From contig NC_045696.1 in the NCBI RefSeq assembly GCF_009834535.1, forward strand, positions 30,816,001 to 30,880,000: a DNA stretch of 64,000 bases, given 5' to 3'. Position 1 is the stretch's first letter. Each line of letters starts with the position of its first letter. This stretch comes from Camelus ferus. Taxonomy: Eukaryota. The notes beneath the pieces were generated by a model. The model saw nothing but the letters and a program-made list of their open reading frames with translations, had not been told where the DNA came from and searched no databases. This document shows, piece after piece, positions 12,960 to 24,865 of this stretch. The position numbers and the translations under genes were made by a program.

Positions 12960-13545
12960 CTATGTTTATTATGAGGTTTTTGCTTTACTTATTGAATCAT
13001 GTTCTTTATATATTCTGAAGTAATTCCTTTCTCATATACAGATATTATAAATGTCTTCTTTCAAACCCACAATTTGTTTTGAGAAACTAAAGATTGTTTT
13101 TAGTGAAGTTTACTGTGTCAAGTCATTTTCTTTTTGATTAGTAGTTTTCTTCTCTTTTGAAGAAATCATTTTCTATCCCAAGTCATGTATATATTCCCCT
13201 TTATCTCTTCCTTTTTTTTTCTTTTAACTTTTTACATTTAACTCTGGTGTTTCTGAGCTTGATTTTCACGTAAGCTATGAGGTAGGAGTTCAAGTTTAGT
13301 TTTATATTATTTTTCAAATAACTAAGCACTATTAATTTCTTCATTTCCTCAGGGCACTTCAGTGGCATGCATATCACAACACAGATGCACATAAATTTCT
13401 AAACTTTCTATTCATTTTTGATGGTCAATTTATGTATCCTTGTGCAAATACTGGACTAGTGTATTCTTTATATTCTATAATGTAAGACCTCTAACTTACT
13501 CATCTTCTTTAACATGTCCTTGACTCTTCTTGTACTTTTGCATTT

Positions 13546-13631
<86 letters not shown>

Positions 13632-14570
13632 GCTAATATATATTTGTACATGCTTGTCCACTTTTAGTAGAAAACATTACCTGGAAATTCTATTAGTATT
13701 GCTTCCAATCTGTATCAGTTTGGGGAGAATGACGATCTTTGAAATAATGAGTCTTATAGCTATATACATGGTATATTCCTCTAATTATTTTAATTAGAAC
13801 ATCTTTCCAGTAATATTTGGTATGCTTTATTGGCAGGTATGGATGTAGAGGGAACTATTTCGTTGGGATTACTCCCAATTACCTAGTACGTAATGCTAAT
13901 GAGAATGAAGTCTTTTTGAAAAGCCATTTTCTAATTTCATGTTGCCAGATATTGAAATAATTATTTTTCTATACTGACTGTGTATACCACAACATTGCTG
14001 AATTTACTTCCTAGCTGCAAATTTACCTGTCAATTTCTTTCACTTTTTCTGTTACATAATTGTGTTACCTGTAAAAGTTTTTCTTTCCAATATTTATATA
14101 TTTTATTGCTTTTTTCTTTCTTATTATATTACATAAATCCTTTAGTGCCTAGTTGAATAGCAGCAAGTAGAACATACATTCTTACCTCATTTTAATCTTA
14201 AGGAAAAAGTTTTCAATATCTCCTCTTTACAATTGATTTTAAGGTAGATATTCTTTATCATATTAAGGAAGTTTCCATTTCATATTCATAATTCATAAAT
14301 GGTTAAAAATTTTATCATTGAATTTTATCAAAAGTTTTTTGCTGCATCCTTTGAGATGATCTTACTCTTTTTTTTCTTTTATATTTTGTTAATGTGAGAA
14401 ATTACATTGCCTGATTTGCAAACATTAAACCCATCTTATTTTTGTGCAGGATGATAAAACTTCACTATATATATAGACTGTTTAATGATTATGAGATTTC
14501 ATTCTCTACATTTCATTTGAGATTTTTGCATCTATGTAAAAACTTTGCCTGTAATTTTCCTCTTTGGTAG
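12960..14570 (-). mobile_element. Ancient L1M ORF2 remnant
   Basis: T-rich antisense ORF2 motifs, e.g. GTTCTTTATATATTCTG, TTTGGGGAGAATGAC, TCTTTATCATATTAAGGAAGTTTCC, GATTTTTGCATCTATG. Confidence 0.75.
13549..13630. repeat. (TC)16 followed by an imperfect (TA)n microsatellite
   Basis: Read directly. Confidence 0.97.
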
Positions 14571-15236
14571 GTTATATGGTATATAAAAATTGAGCAGAAA
14601 TATGTTTTCTATTGTCAGTAAGACTGTTTCCTTTATTTCTAAATATTTTTATTACTTCCCTACTCTCAATTATTTATGTTATTTCATGTTGTGCTATATT
14701 TTGTGATAAGGATTTGAGTAAGCACCCACAGTTTTGACTTCTTTAAAGAATTTGGTGTATTCATCAAATTTGTTTACTTCTCATATCTAGTTAAATTATA
14801 AAACACTGTTTTGGTCCTCAAGTAAAAAAAAAAATCTAATTAGTTGTTTAAGTCATTAATCCATTGAATCTAAATATGGAATTCATTGTTAACGAAGACA
14901 TACAAAACTATTATTATAAATGACGACATAGGGTGAATAAATTAATGATCACTGTATAATTCTCCAAATGTGATGCACTATGTATAAGAATTCATTTTGT
15001 ATATATTGGCAAAGTCAACTTAATATGAGTGAAAAATGTATTTGAATTGAAAATGTTATAATTTCAAACTCATCATGAAAATTTCCCATTGTGGATAATA
15101 ATTACAGTGCTCCTAAAACTCGCTGTGTAGAAGACCCTTCGGACCCTTCATAATTTCTTTATGCTACTTAGTTATAACTATCTTGTGCCTTCTTTCAATA
15201 ACAAGATTTTATGATTCTAAACAGCAACTATAGTTG

Positions 15237-15689
15237 TTTTTTTTAACTGAAGTATAGTTGATGTACAATATTATATACGTTTCAGGTGTATGTCACTGTG
15301 TTTCACAATTTTTAAAGATTATATTCTATTTATAGTTACTATAAAATATATAATATTTGTGAAATATTGACTATATTCTCTGTGTTATACAATATATCCT
15401 TGTAGATTATTTATTTTATACATAGTAGTTTGCAACTCTTAATCACCTATCCCTATCTTTTCCCACCTTCTCTCTCCCCACCATCAGTTTGTTTTCTGTA
15501 TCTGTGAATCTGTTTCTTTTTTGTTGTATCCACTGGTTTGTTTTATTTTTTACATTCCAGATATAAGTTATATCATGCAGTATTTGTCTTTCTCTGTCTG
15601 ACTTATTTCACTTAGTAAAAGAGCCTCCAAGTCCATCCACGCTGCAAATGGCAAAATTTCATTCTTTGTTATTGCTGAGTAGTATTCTG

Positions 15690-15726
<37 letters not shown>

Positions 15727-16972
15727 TGTATAACATCTTCTTTATCCATTTGTCTGTTGATAGACACTTGGGTTGCTTCCATATCTTGGCAATTGTATTG
15801 GCTGCCATGAACATTAAGGTGAATGTATCTTTCTGAAGTAATCTTTTTGCTTTTTTCAGATATACACCTAGGAGTGAAACTGCTAGGTCATATGGCAGTT
15901 CTACTTTTAGTTTTTTGAGGAATCTCCATGCTGTTTTCCATAATGGCTGCACCAACTTACATTTCCACCAACAGTGTACAAGGGTTCCCTTTTCTCTACA
16001 TCCTCACCAATCATTTGTTATTTGTGTTCTTTTTGATGATAGCCATTCTGACAGGTGTGGGGTGATACCTCATTGTGGTTCTGATTTGCATTTCTCTGAT
16101 GATTAAGGATGCTGAGTATCTTTTCATGTGCCTGTTGGTCATCTGTATCTCTCCTTTGGAAAAATGTCTATTCAGGTCTTCTGCCCACTTCTTAATTGGG
16201 GTTTTGGATTTGTGCCTTTGAGTTTTGCGAGCTGTTATATATTTTGGAAATGAACCCCTTATCTGTCATATCGTTTGAAAATATTTTTTCCCATTCAGTA
16301 AGTTGTCTATTCATTTTGTTGATGGTTTTCTTTGCTGTACAAAGGTTAACTTTGATTAGGTCCCATTTATTTATTTTTGCTTTTATTTCCTTCGTTTAAG
16401 GAGATAAATCCAAAAATATATTGCTACAATTTATGTCAAAGAATATTCCATCTATATTTTCTTTTAGGAGTTTTATGGTTTCTGGTCTTACATTTAGGTC
16501 TTTAATCCATTTTGAGTTTATTTTTGTATATGGTTCTAATTTCATTCTTTTACACGTAGATGCCCAGATTTTCCAGCATCAATTATTGAAGTGACTATCT
16601 TTTCTCCATTGTATATTCCTGCTTCCTTTGTCATAGATTAATTGACCCCAAGGGCATTTTTTTTCTGGGCCCTCTATTCTGTTCCTTTGATCTATTTGTT
16701 TATTTTTGTGCCAGTATTATGCTCTTTTGATGACTATAGCTTTGTAATATCTGAAGTCAGAGAGCATAATTTCTCCAGGTCTGTTCTTTCTCAAGAATGT
16801 TTTGGCTATTTAAGGTCTATTATGAACCCATACAAATTTTAGGATTATTTGTTCTATTTCTGTGAAAAATGTCCTTGGTGTTTTTATAGGAATTGCAATG
16901 AATCCATAAATTGCCTTGGGTAGTTTGGTCATTTAAAAAATATTAATTCTTCCAATTCACTGAATATAGTAT
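15237..16972 (-). mobile_element. 5'-truncated laurasiatherian/artiodactyl L1 (ORF2 C-terminus plus 3'UTR)
   Basis: Begins with poly-T then AACTGAAGTATAGTTG (antisense L1 terminus); ORF 15659..15955 gives [15 protein letters not shown]...IAKIWKQPKC, the L1 ORF2p C-terminal region. Confidence 0.95.
15692..15725. repeat. (GT)17 microsatellite inside L1
   Basis: Read directly. Confidence 0.97.
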
Positions 16973-17663
16973 AGTATAGTGCCACTGATGAAATAAATTG
17001 TATATGACACAAATAGATGGATGGACATACTGTGTTTTTCTTGTTGTTTCATTCTTTTAAGTAAATGATATATTTTACACTGTGAATTTACCTGTCTCTG
17101 TTGATTTCACATTATATCTGATCTTAGTTACACATTTTTCCACTTTGTATCTTGTCATGATGAAGATCATCAAGGTCTGTGTTCATGATTTAGCCTAATA
17201 ACCTTCTTGAAGTGTTTATGACATTACTAGGAAGACTATACATTTATGTTTGATCAGGAGTGTCCTACTCTATGACTCTTGTCTTGAAATTATTTTTTAA
17301 TGTATCTCCTTTATGCTCTTAAAATTATCAATTGTTTTAACATTCCTAAAAAATGACTTACTTTGTAATACAATGTATTATCACACTAACTGTACCCACT
17401 TCTAGAATGTACACTAAAAAATATTAGATCTTTTCATCATTTCTCTCATTGGTGAATTTCTTTACTAATTAGTCTACATTAAAAATTCTGAAAGAAAAAC
17501 AAGCTATTCCACTACATCACATTTTCTGGATACCCTTATTTCCTTGCTTTTCCACCATATTCAACTAATGGTGGACAATACGGATTATGAAAAATTGCCT
17601 GCTCAAGCCATTCACATTGAAAGCTTCTAAACCAGATAATAATGAAAGCCATAAAACATTGTA

Positions 17664-17978
17664 CAGTCAGCCGTCCACATCCATGAATTATGCATCCGTA
17701 GATTCAACCAACCACAGGTCAAAAATATTTGAAAAAATTTCCATTAAGTTTCAAAAAACCAAAAACTCACTCCTCAAACCAACAACTATTTACAGAGCAT
17801 TGACATTCCATTAAGTATTATAAGTATTCTAGAGATGATTAAAAGTGTACAGGAGGATGTGCATAGGTTACATGAAAATATCACACCATTTTATATAAAT
17901 GGACATGAATATCAGTACATTCTGATATCCACTGAGGGTCCTAGAAAAAAATCCCACATGGATACTGAGGGAAGACTA
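17664..17978 (-). mobile_element. MER2-like TcMar-Tigger non-autonomous DNA transposon
   Basis: TA then CAGTCAGCCGTCCACATCC at the left end and GGATACTGAGGGAAGACT at the right (terminal inverted repeats); internal GATTCAACCAACC and CTAGAGATGATTAAAAGTGTACAGGAGGATGTGCATAGGTTA. Confidence 0.85.
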
Positions 17979-20588
17979 CAGATTGTTACCATGATAAACT
18001 CTTATTATGCAAAACCTATTGTGTTCTCACTGAGATCCCTCGTTTACACAGGTTCAGATCTCTCTCCTATTCCCTTCAGCAGCTCTTTCACATCTCTACA
18101 GATCATCCCAGACATGCTCCTCACCTCTAAGGGACACCTACCACCCTTGCAGTTACAGACTAGTAACAAATCTATGATCTCCCTTACAGTAACTTACTTA
18201 CTAATACACGTAGCTTTACACTACAAGAATCTTCTTTTGTTGCTTCAGAAAAAAAAATATTATTATACTTGCATTCATTGTTTAGAAATATGTGGTTTGG
18301 TTCTCTGTCTAAACAACAATTAATATCTGAACATACTGAAAAATCAACAAATCTTGGATGCGTGAGAGAGATGAGAATACAAGGCAAACCACTTTTCCCA
18401 TCTTTGGAGACATAGACAAGTGAATGCAGAGAGTCACAGTTTACTGGAGCAGAGACTCACAAGCGGAAACCTCCATGGGAACAGGTACTGAAGTAGGAAA
18501 ATTGTCACTGTAATTGATGAACTGCTGGATGCTCAGTATGGAAAATTTTAAGAGTTAAAAGTTCCAGGGGAACCTAGTCATAAGGGAGCCCCCACAGTTT
18601 TGTAAGTTTTACCACCATGAGCTCAACCACGTTATTATAGCAAATAGAGAAAAATCATCTTCTGTCTGAAAGGGCCAGAGGAAAAGGGACAAATTTAAAT
18701 TATACCATAGTATTCTGTTCTTCACAAGAACTTCCATCAGGAATAACTAATTAACTAGACCCTAACTTGCTGAGATATTATCAGAAACTAAATTACCTAG
18801 GAAAACAGAAATACCCAACTCCACTCATCTCTAGCCTTCCAAGTGGGAGAAGGGAGATACCTAATTCCAGTCAACTCAAGCCATCCTGTCACATCTAAGG
18901 GGGAGGGAAAAAAAGGGAAACACTGTAAAGTTCACAGTCCAGAGGCATAGGCTCATTTAAAGACTGAAACCTAATCACAAGACTACAGAGAACATCCCCT
19001 CCACCATACCTTACAACCGCATTACAAATGGCTTATTTATAGAAGACACTTTTACCTGGTACATCATGTCTGCCTATTAAAAAAAAAAATTACAAAGTGT
19101 GAAAATACCGAAACACCGTTTGAAGAGACAGAGCAAGCATCAGAACCAGAAATGACAGGGATGCTGAAATAATCTGACCAAAATTTTAAAACAACTGTGA
19201 TTAATAAGCTAAAGACTCCAATCTATAAAGTAGACAGCATGCAACAAGAGATGGGCAATGTAAGCAGAGGTAACAATTTTAAGAAAGAAACAGAAGGAAA
19301 TGCTAGAAATTAAAAAACACTGTAACAAAAATGAAGAATGCCTTTGATGAGCTAATTAGTAGACTGGACATTGCTGAGAAAAGGATCTCTGAAACGGAGG
19401 ATATCACATAGAAATCTACAAACTTGAAAAGCAAAGAGAATAAAGACTGAAAAAACAGAACAGAACACTTGAAGACTGTAGGACAGCTACAAAAGGTATA
19501 ACATTATGTGTATGGGAATATCAATCAGGAGAAATAAGAGAAAAAAAGAAATACTGAAGCAAAAATGGGAATTTTCTCAGATTAAGGCTAGAAATCAAAC
19601 AATAGATTGAGGAGATCAGAGAACCCCAAGAAGGTAAATGCCAGGAAAACAAAATGCATGTATATCATTTTCAAACTACAAAAATTAAAAATAAAGATAA
19701 AATCCTTAAATAAGCCAGAGGAAAAAAAATATCTTACTATAGAGGAACAAAGAATTATATCCAACTTCTCTTTGGAAACCATACCAGTAAGAAGAGAATG
19801 GAAGGAGATATTTGAACTGTTGAGACAGAGAAAAAAACACCAATATAGAATTCTGTAACTCATGAAATTATCCTTCAAAGGTAAAAAAGAAATAAAATAG
19901 CCTATCAGACACACAAAAATTGAGGGAACTTGTTGCCAGTAGGCCTGCCTTCTGAAAAAAAAAAAAACTTAAAACATTTTTTTTAGAGAGAAAGAAAATA
20001 ATATGGGTCAGAAACTCACACTTATTTAAAAAATAAAGAAAATCATGAAAAAAATAAGTAAAAGTAAATAAAATCTTATTTTTCTTATTCTTAATTTATC
20101 TAACTGATAACCATTTATTCAATATAATATTCACAGTAATATATCCTGTTTATACACAACACACAACATTCATATACATACATACTATGTATTACCAATA
20201 TATAAGTAAAATGGCTGACAGCAATAATACCAGGGAAGGAAGGATGGAAGCAGGATTATTTTGTTATTTTTTACATACTCATACTCCCCTTCAAGAGGTA
20301 TAGTGCTATTTTAAAGTGGGCTTTAATCAGTAATAAATGTATTTTGCAAGTCTAGGACAACCATTAAAAAAGTTAAAAAACAGAAATACAGCTGGTATAC
20401 TAAGAGAGGAAAGAAAATGGAATAATATAAAAAGCTTAATTTAGAAAACAAAGGCAAAAATATATATGAAAAGGAAAAAAGAACAAGGGCAAAAAATAGA
20501 AAACAGTAACAAATTGGTAGGTCTGAATTCCACTACATAAAGAATTGGTTATAATATCAAATATCTAAAGATGTATTAAAAGGCAGAG

Positions 20589-20754
20589 GAGGAGAGTATA
20601 GCTCAAGTGGTAGAGCACATGCTTAGCATGCATGAGGTCCTGGGTTCAATCCCTACTACCTCCTCTAAGAATAAATAAATACCAAATAAACTTAATTACC
20701 TCCCCCCACCAAAAAATAAATAAATAAACTTAAAAAAATTTAAAAATTAAATAC
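20589..20754 (+). mobile_element. tRNA-Ala-derived SINE (camelid Vic-1 type)
   Basis: A box TAGCTCAAGTGG (20599-20610), B box GGTTCAATCCC (20643-20653), anticodon arm CATGC-TTAGCAT-GCATG (AGC), A-rich tail, TSD AAGGCAGAG at 20580-20588 and 20755-20763. Confidence 0.92.
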
Positions 20755-21360
20755 AAGGCAGAGATTGCTGGAGTGGATCCAAAAACAAGACCCACTTTGG
20801 ATATAAAGATACATAAAGATTAAAAATAAAAGGATGGAGGAAAATATAACATGTTAACACTAATCAAAATAAAGCAGGAGGAACTATGTTAATTTGAGAC
20901 AGAATAGACTTCAAATTAAGGTAAGTTATCAGGGATAACATAAAGTTGGGTATTACATAAAGATAAAGGTATCAGTTAACCAAGAAATATCACAATTCTT
21001 AACTTGCATATACCTACCAACAGAGCATCAACCTATGTGAGACAAAACTGGTAGAACTGCCAGGAGAAATAGATGAATCCATTACAGCACAATACACATT
21101 CCTCTCAATCTCACATGGAACACGCACCAAAATGGACCAAATTCTGGGCCACAAAACACATCTTACATATTAAAAAATATATATAAATTACATAAGGTCT
21201 GCTATCATAACAAAATGTAATTAAACTAGATATCAGTAATAAGGGTAAAGGAAAATTTCAAAAATTGTGGAGATTAAACAACTTTTCTAAATCACACATG
21301 TCAAAAATGAACCACTAAAATTTTTTTCAATATTTTTAATGAAATGAAAATAAAAACAGT

Positions 21361-24300
21361 GGCCTGGATCAACATAGGAGTAGGAAGATCCTAAACTTAC
21401 CTCCTCCCACAGACACACCATAACTACAACTACAAACATAACAACTATCTATACAGGCCTACCTCAGGGAAAAAAAAAAAAAAACTCAAATAAACAATCT
21501 AACATTACACCAAATACAAACAGGAAAACAAAAACAAAAACAAAAAGCCCAAAGTTGATAAAAGAAGGAAATAATAAAGATCAGAGTGGAAACGTATTAA
21601 ATAGAGCCAAAAAAATAGAAAAGATCAATGAAACTAAGAGCTATTTCTTTGAAAAGATAAACAAAATTGATAAAACTCTAGCCAGATTCATCAAGAAAAA
21701 AGAAGTCCCAAACAATTTAAAATTAAAGAGGAAAAGTTACAACTGACACCACAGAAATACAAAGGACCATACGGTATTACTATTAACAATTATAAGCCAA
21801 CAACTTGGACAACCTGGAAGAAACAAATAAACTCATAAAACCACAATCTTTCAAGACTGAATTATGAAGAATTAGAAAATCTTAATAGACTAGTAATTAA
21901 GTAAGTCAATAATCAAAAAACTCCCAACAGATAAAAACTTAGGACCAGATGACTTTACAGATGAGTTCTACCACATATTTGAAGAATTAATGAGTTAAAT
22001 ATAAAAAGTTGCCTATCCTCAAATTATTCCAAAAAAAAAAAAAAAAAAGATTAAAGAGAAAGGAATGCTTCCAAAACCCTGAAACCAAGGCCAATAAAGC
22101 CACAATCCCTGATGAACATAGATGCAAAACTCCTCTATAAAGTATTACCAAATTGAGTTCAATAATACTTTACAAGGACCAGACACCATGACCAAGCAGG
22201 ATTTATTCCAAGGTAGAGGACTGGTTCAATAGTCACAAATTAATCAATGTGATAAACAATATTAACAAAATGAAGGTTCAAATTTAAATAATCATCTCAA
22301 TAGATGCAAAAAAAGTATTTGACAAAAGTCAATATCCATTTATGACCAAAAGTTCTCAAAAAGTGGGTATAGAGGGATCATACCTTGACATAATAAAGGC
22401 CATATATGACCAAACCACAGCTAAAACAGCTAAACAACATACATAATAGTGAAAAGCTAGACTTTCCTCTAAGACTAGGACAAGACAAAGATGCCTACTA
22501 ACATCATTTTTACTCAACATAGTATTGGAAGTCTTAGTCACAGCAATCATAAAAGAAATAAGAGATTTTAAATGTCCAAAATGGAAAGAAATAAAACTGT
22601 CGCAATTTGCAGATGACATGATACTACATACATAAACCCCTAAAAACTCCATCAAAAAACCATTAGAACTCATAAATGCATTCAGTAAAGTTGAAGGATA
22701 CAAAGAATAAACTGATATCTATTGCGGTTCTATACAGTAATAGCAAACTATCAGAAAGAAAAATCAATCAAACAATCTCATTTACAATTAAATAAAAAAG
22801 AATAAAATACCTAGGGATAAATTTAACCAAGGAAATGAAAAACCTGTACTCTGATAACTATAAGAAATGGAAAGAAATTGAAGACATAAGTAAATAAAAA
22901 TGTATATTATGCTTATAGACCAGAAAATTAATTTTGTTAAAATGTCAATTTTAACTACCCAAAGCAATCTGCAAATTCAATATATTCTATATCTTAATAC
23001 TAATGGCATTTTCCACAAAACTAGAACAAAGTCCTAAAATTTGTCTGGAACCATGAAAGACCCTGAAGAGCCAAAGCAACCTTAAGAGAACAAAACTGGA
23101 GGTCTCATGCTTCCTGATTTCAAAGTATACTACAAGACTATAATAATCAAAACTGTATGGTAGTGGCACAAAACAGAGACATAGATCAATAGAACAGAAT
23201 TTGGAGAGCAGAAGAAACCTATGCTTACTTATTTAATTAATTTATGTCAAAGGAGCCAAGAATACACAGTGAGGGAAAGACAGTCTCTTTAATAAGTGGT
23301 ATCAAGAAAACTGGCCAGCTACATGCTAAAGAATAAAACAGGAAAACTTTTCTTACACCATATACTAAAATAAACTCAAAATGGAATAAACACTAAATGT
23401 AAGATCAAAAAGCATAAATCTCCTAGAAGGAAACTTATTCAGAACACTCTTTTACATTGGTCTTAGCATTATTTTTTCTTCAGTTACCTCCTCAGGCAAG
23501 GCAACAAAACATCTCTACATCCAATTAAAAACTACGCACAGTAAAGGAAACTATTAACAGAACAAAAAGGCAACTTACTGAGTGGAAGAAGATATTTGTA
23601 AATGATATATCCAATAAGTAGTTAATATCTGAAATATATAAACCACTCACAACTTAATATCAGAAAATAAAGAATTTGACTTAAAAAATGGGCAGAAGAC
23701 CTGAAAAGACAGTTTTCCAAGGAAGACATACAGATGGCCAAGAGACCCTTGAAAAGATACTCAACAACACTAATTATCAGGGAAATGCAAATTGAAGCCA
23801 TAATGAGTTATCACATCACAACTGTCAGAATGTCTTTTATCTAAAAGACAACAAATAACAAATGCTGGTAAAACATGGAGGAAAGGGAACACTTGTGCAC
23901 TTCTGGTGGGTATGTAAATAGGCGTAGCCACTATGGAAAACAACATGGAGGTTTCTCAAAAAATTAAAAATAGAACTACCATACAATCCAACAATGCCAC
24001 TTCTGGTATGCTTTCCAAACAATACAAAAACACTAATTTGAAAAGATACATACACTTCAATATTTATTGCTTTATTATTTACAACAGCCATATTTGGAAG
24101 CAAACTAAGTGTCTATAGATAGATGAACAAATAAATATACGATGGAATGTTACTCAGCCATTAAAAGAATGCAGTCTTGCCATTTACAACATGAATGAAC
24201 CTAGATGTTATTATGTAAGTGAAATAAGCCAGACCAGAAAGACAAATGTCATATGATATCACTTATATGTGTAAATTTAAAAGTAAAACAAACACAAAAA

Positions 24301-24606
24301 CAAATAGAAAAAGACTTTTAGATACAACAATTGTTCAGCAGAGGGGAGGGTAGGTGAGGGATGTCAAAGCAGATAAAGGGGATTAAGAGGTACAAACTTC
24401 CAGTTACAAAATAAATAAGTCAGAGTTATAGTATAGCATAGGGAATATAGTCAATAATATTGCAATAGCTTTGCATGGTCACAGATAGTTACTAGACTTA
24501 TTGTGGTGATATTTTCATGATAAATATAAATGTTGAATCACTATGTTGTATACCTGAAACTAATATAATATTGTATGTAAACTATACTTCAATGAAAAAT
24601 TCAGTT
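21361..24606 (+). mobile_element. Younger L1 with its extreme 5' end fused to ORF2 (internal deletion), nested in the L1MC
   Basis: 5'-end-like GGAGTAGGAAGATCCTAAACTTACCTCCTCCCACAGACACACC jumps to ORF2 ATACAGGCCTACCTCAG; RT motif FADD (TTTGCAGATGAC, 22606-22617); complete 3'UTR ending AACTATACTTCAAT. Confidence 0.9.
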
Positions 24607-24620
24607 AAAAGAAAAATGGT

Positions 24621-24865
24621 TCCATTTATATAAAATGATTCCATTTACATAAAACTCAGATACATGCAAAATAATCTACAATGAGAAGAAGTAGTGGTTG
24701 CCTGGAGATTGGGTGAGAGGGGTTGAAAGGAAATAATTACAAAGGATGAGGATAAAGCTTTTAAGGTGATGAATACAATCATTATTTTCATTGAGGTGAT
24801 AGTTTTACATATGTATTCATACATGTACATCAGCTACTCATCAATAAAGCTTTTATGAAAAAGTA
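24621..24865 (+). mobile_element. L1MD-like 3' end fragment
   Basis: TGATTCCATTTACATAAAA...AGTGGTTGCCTGG...ATTACAAAGG...GGTGATGAATA...TCAATAAAGCT; AATAAA at 24843-24848. Confidence 0.75.

Noticed and set aside
17835..18323. Longest ORF in the track (162 aa)
   Set aside because: Starts inside the MER2-like element and runs through unrelated sequence into the L1MC edge; no recognisable domain
19607..19858. ORF1p-like ORF as a domesticated L1TD1-type gene
   Set aside because: Short in-place remnant of the decayed L1MC ORF1, surrounded by stops and frameshifts
20589..20665. Apparent tRNA-Ala gene
   Set aside because: It has a SINE body, an A-rich tail and a TSD, and the T-arm and acceptor stem are imperfect; it is a SINE head
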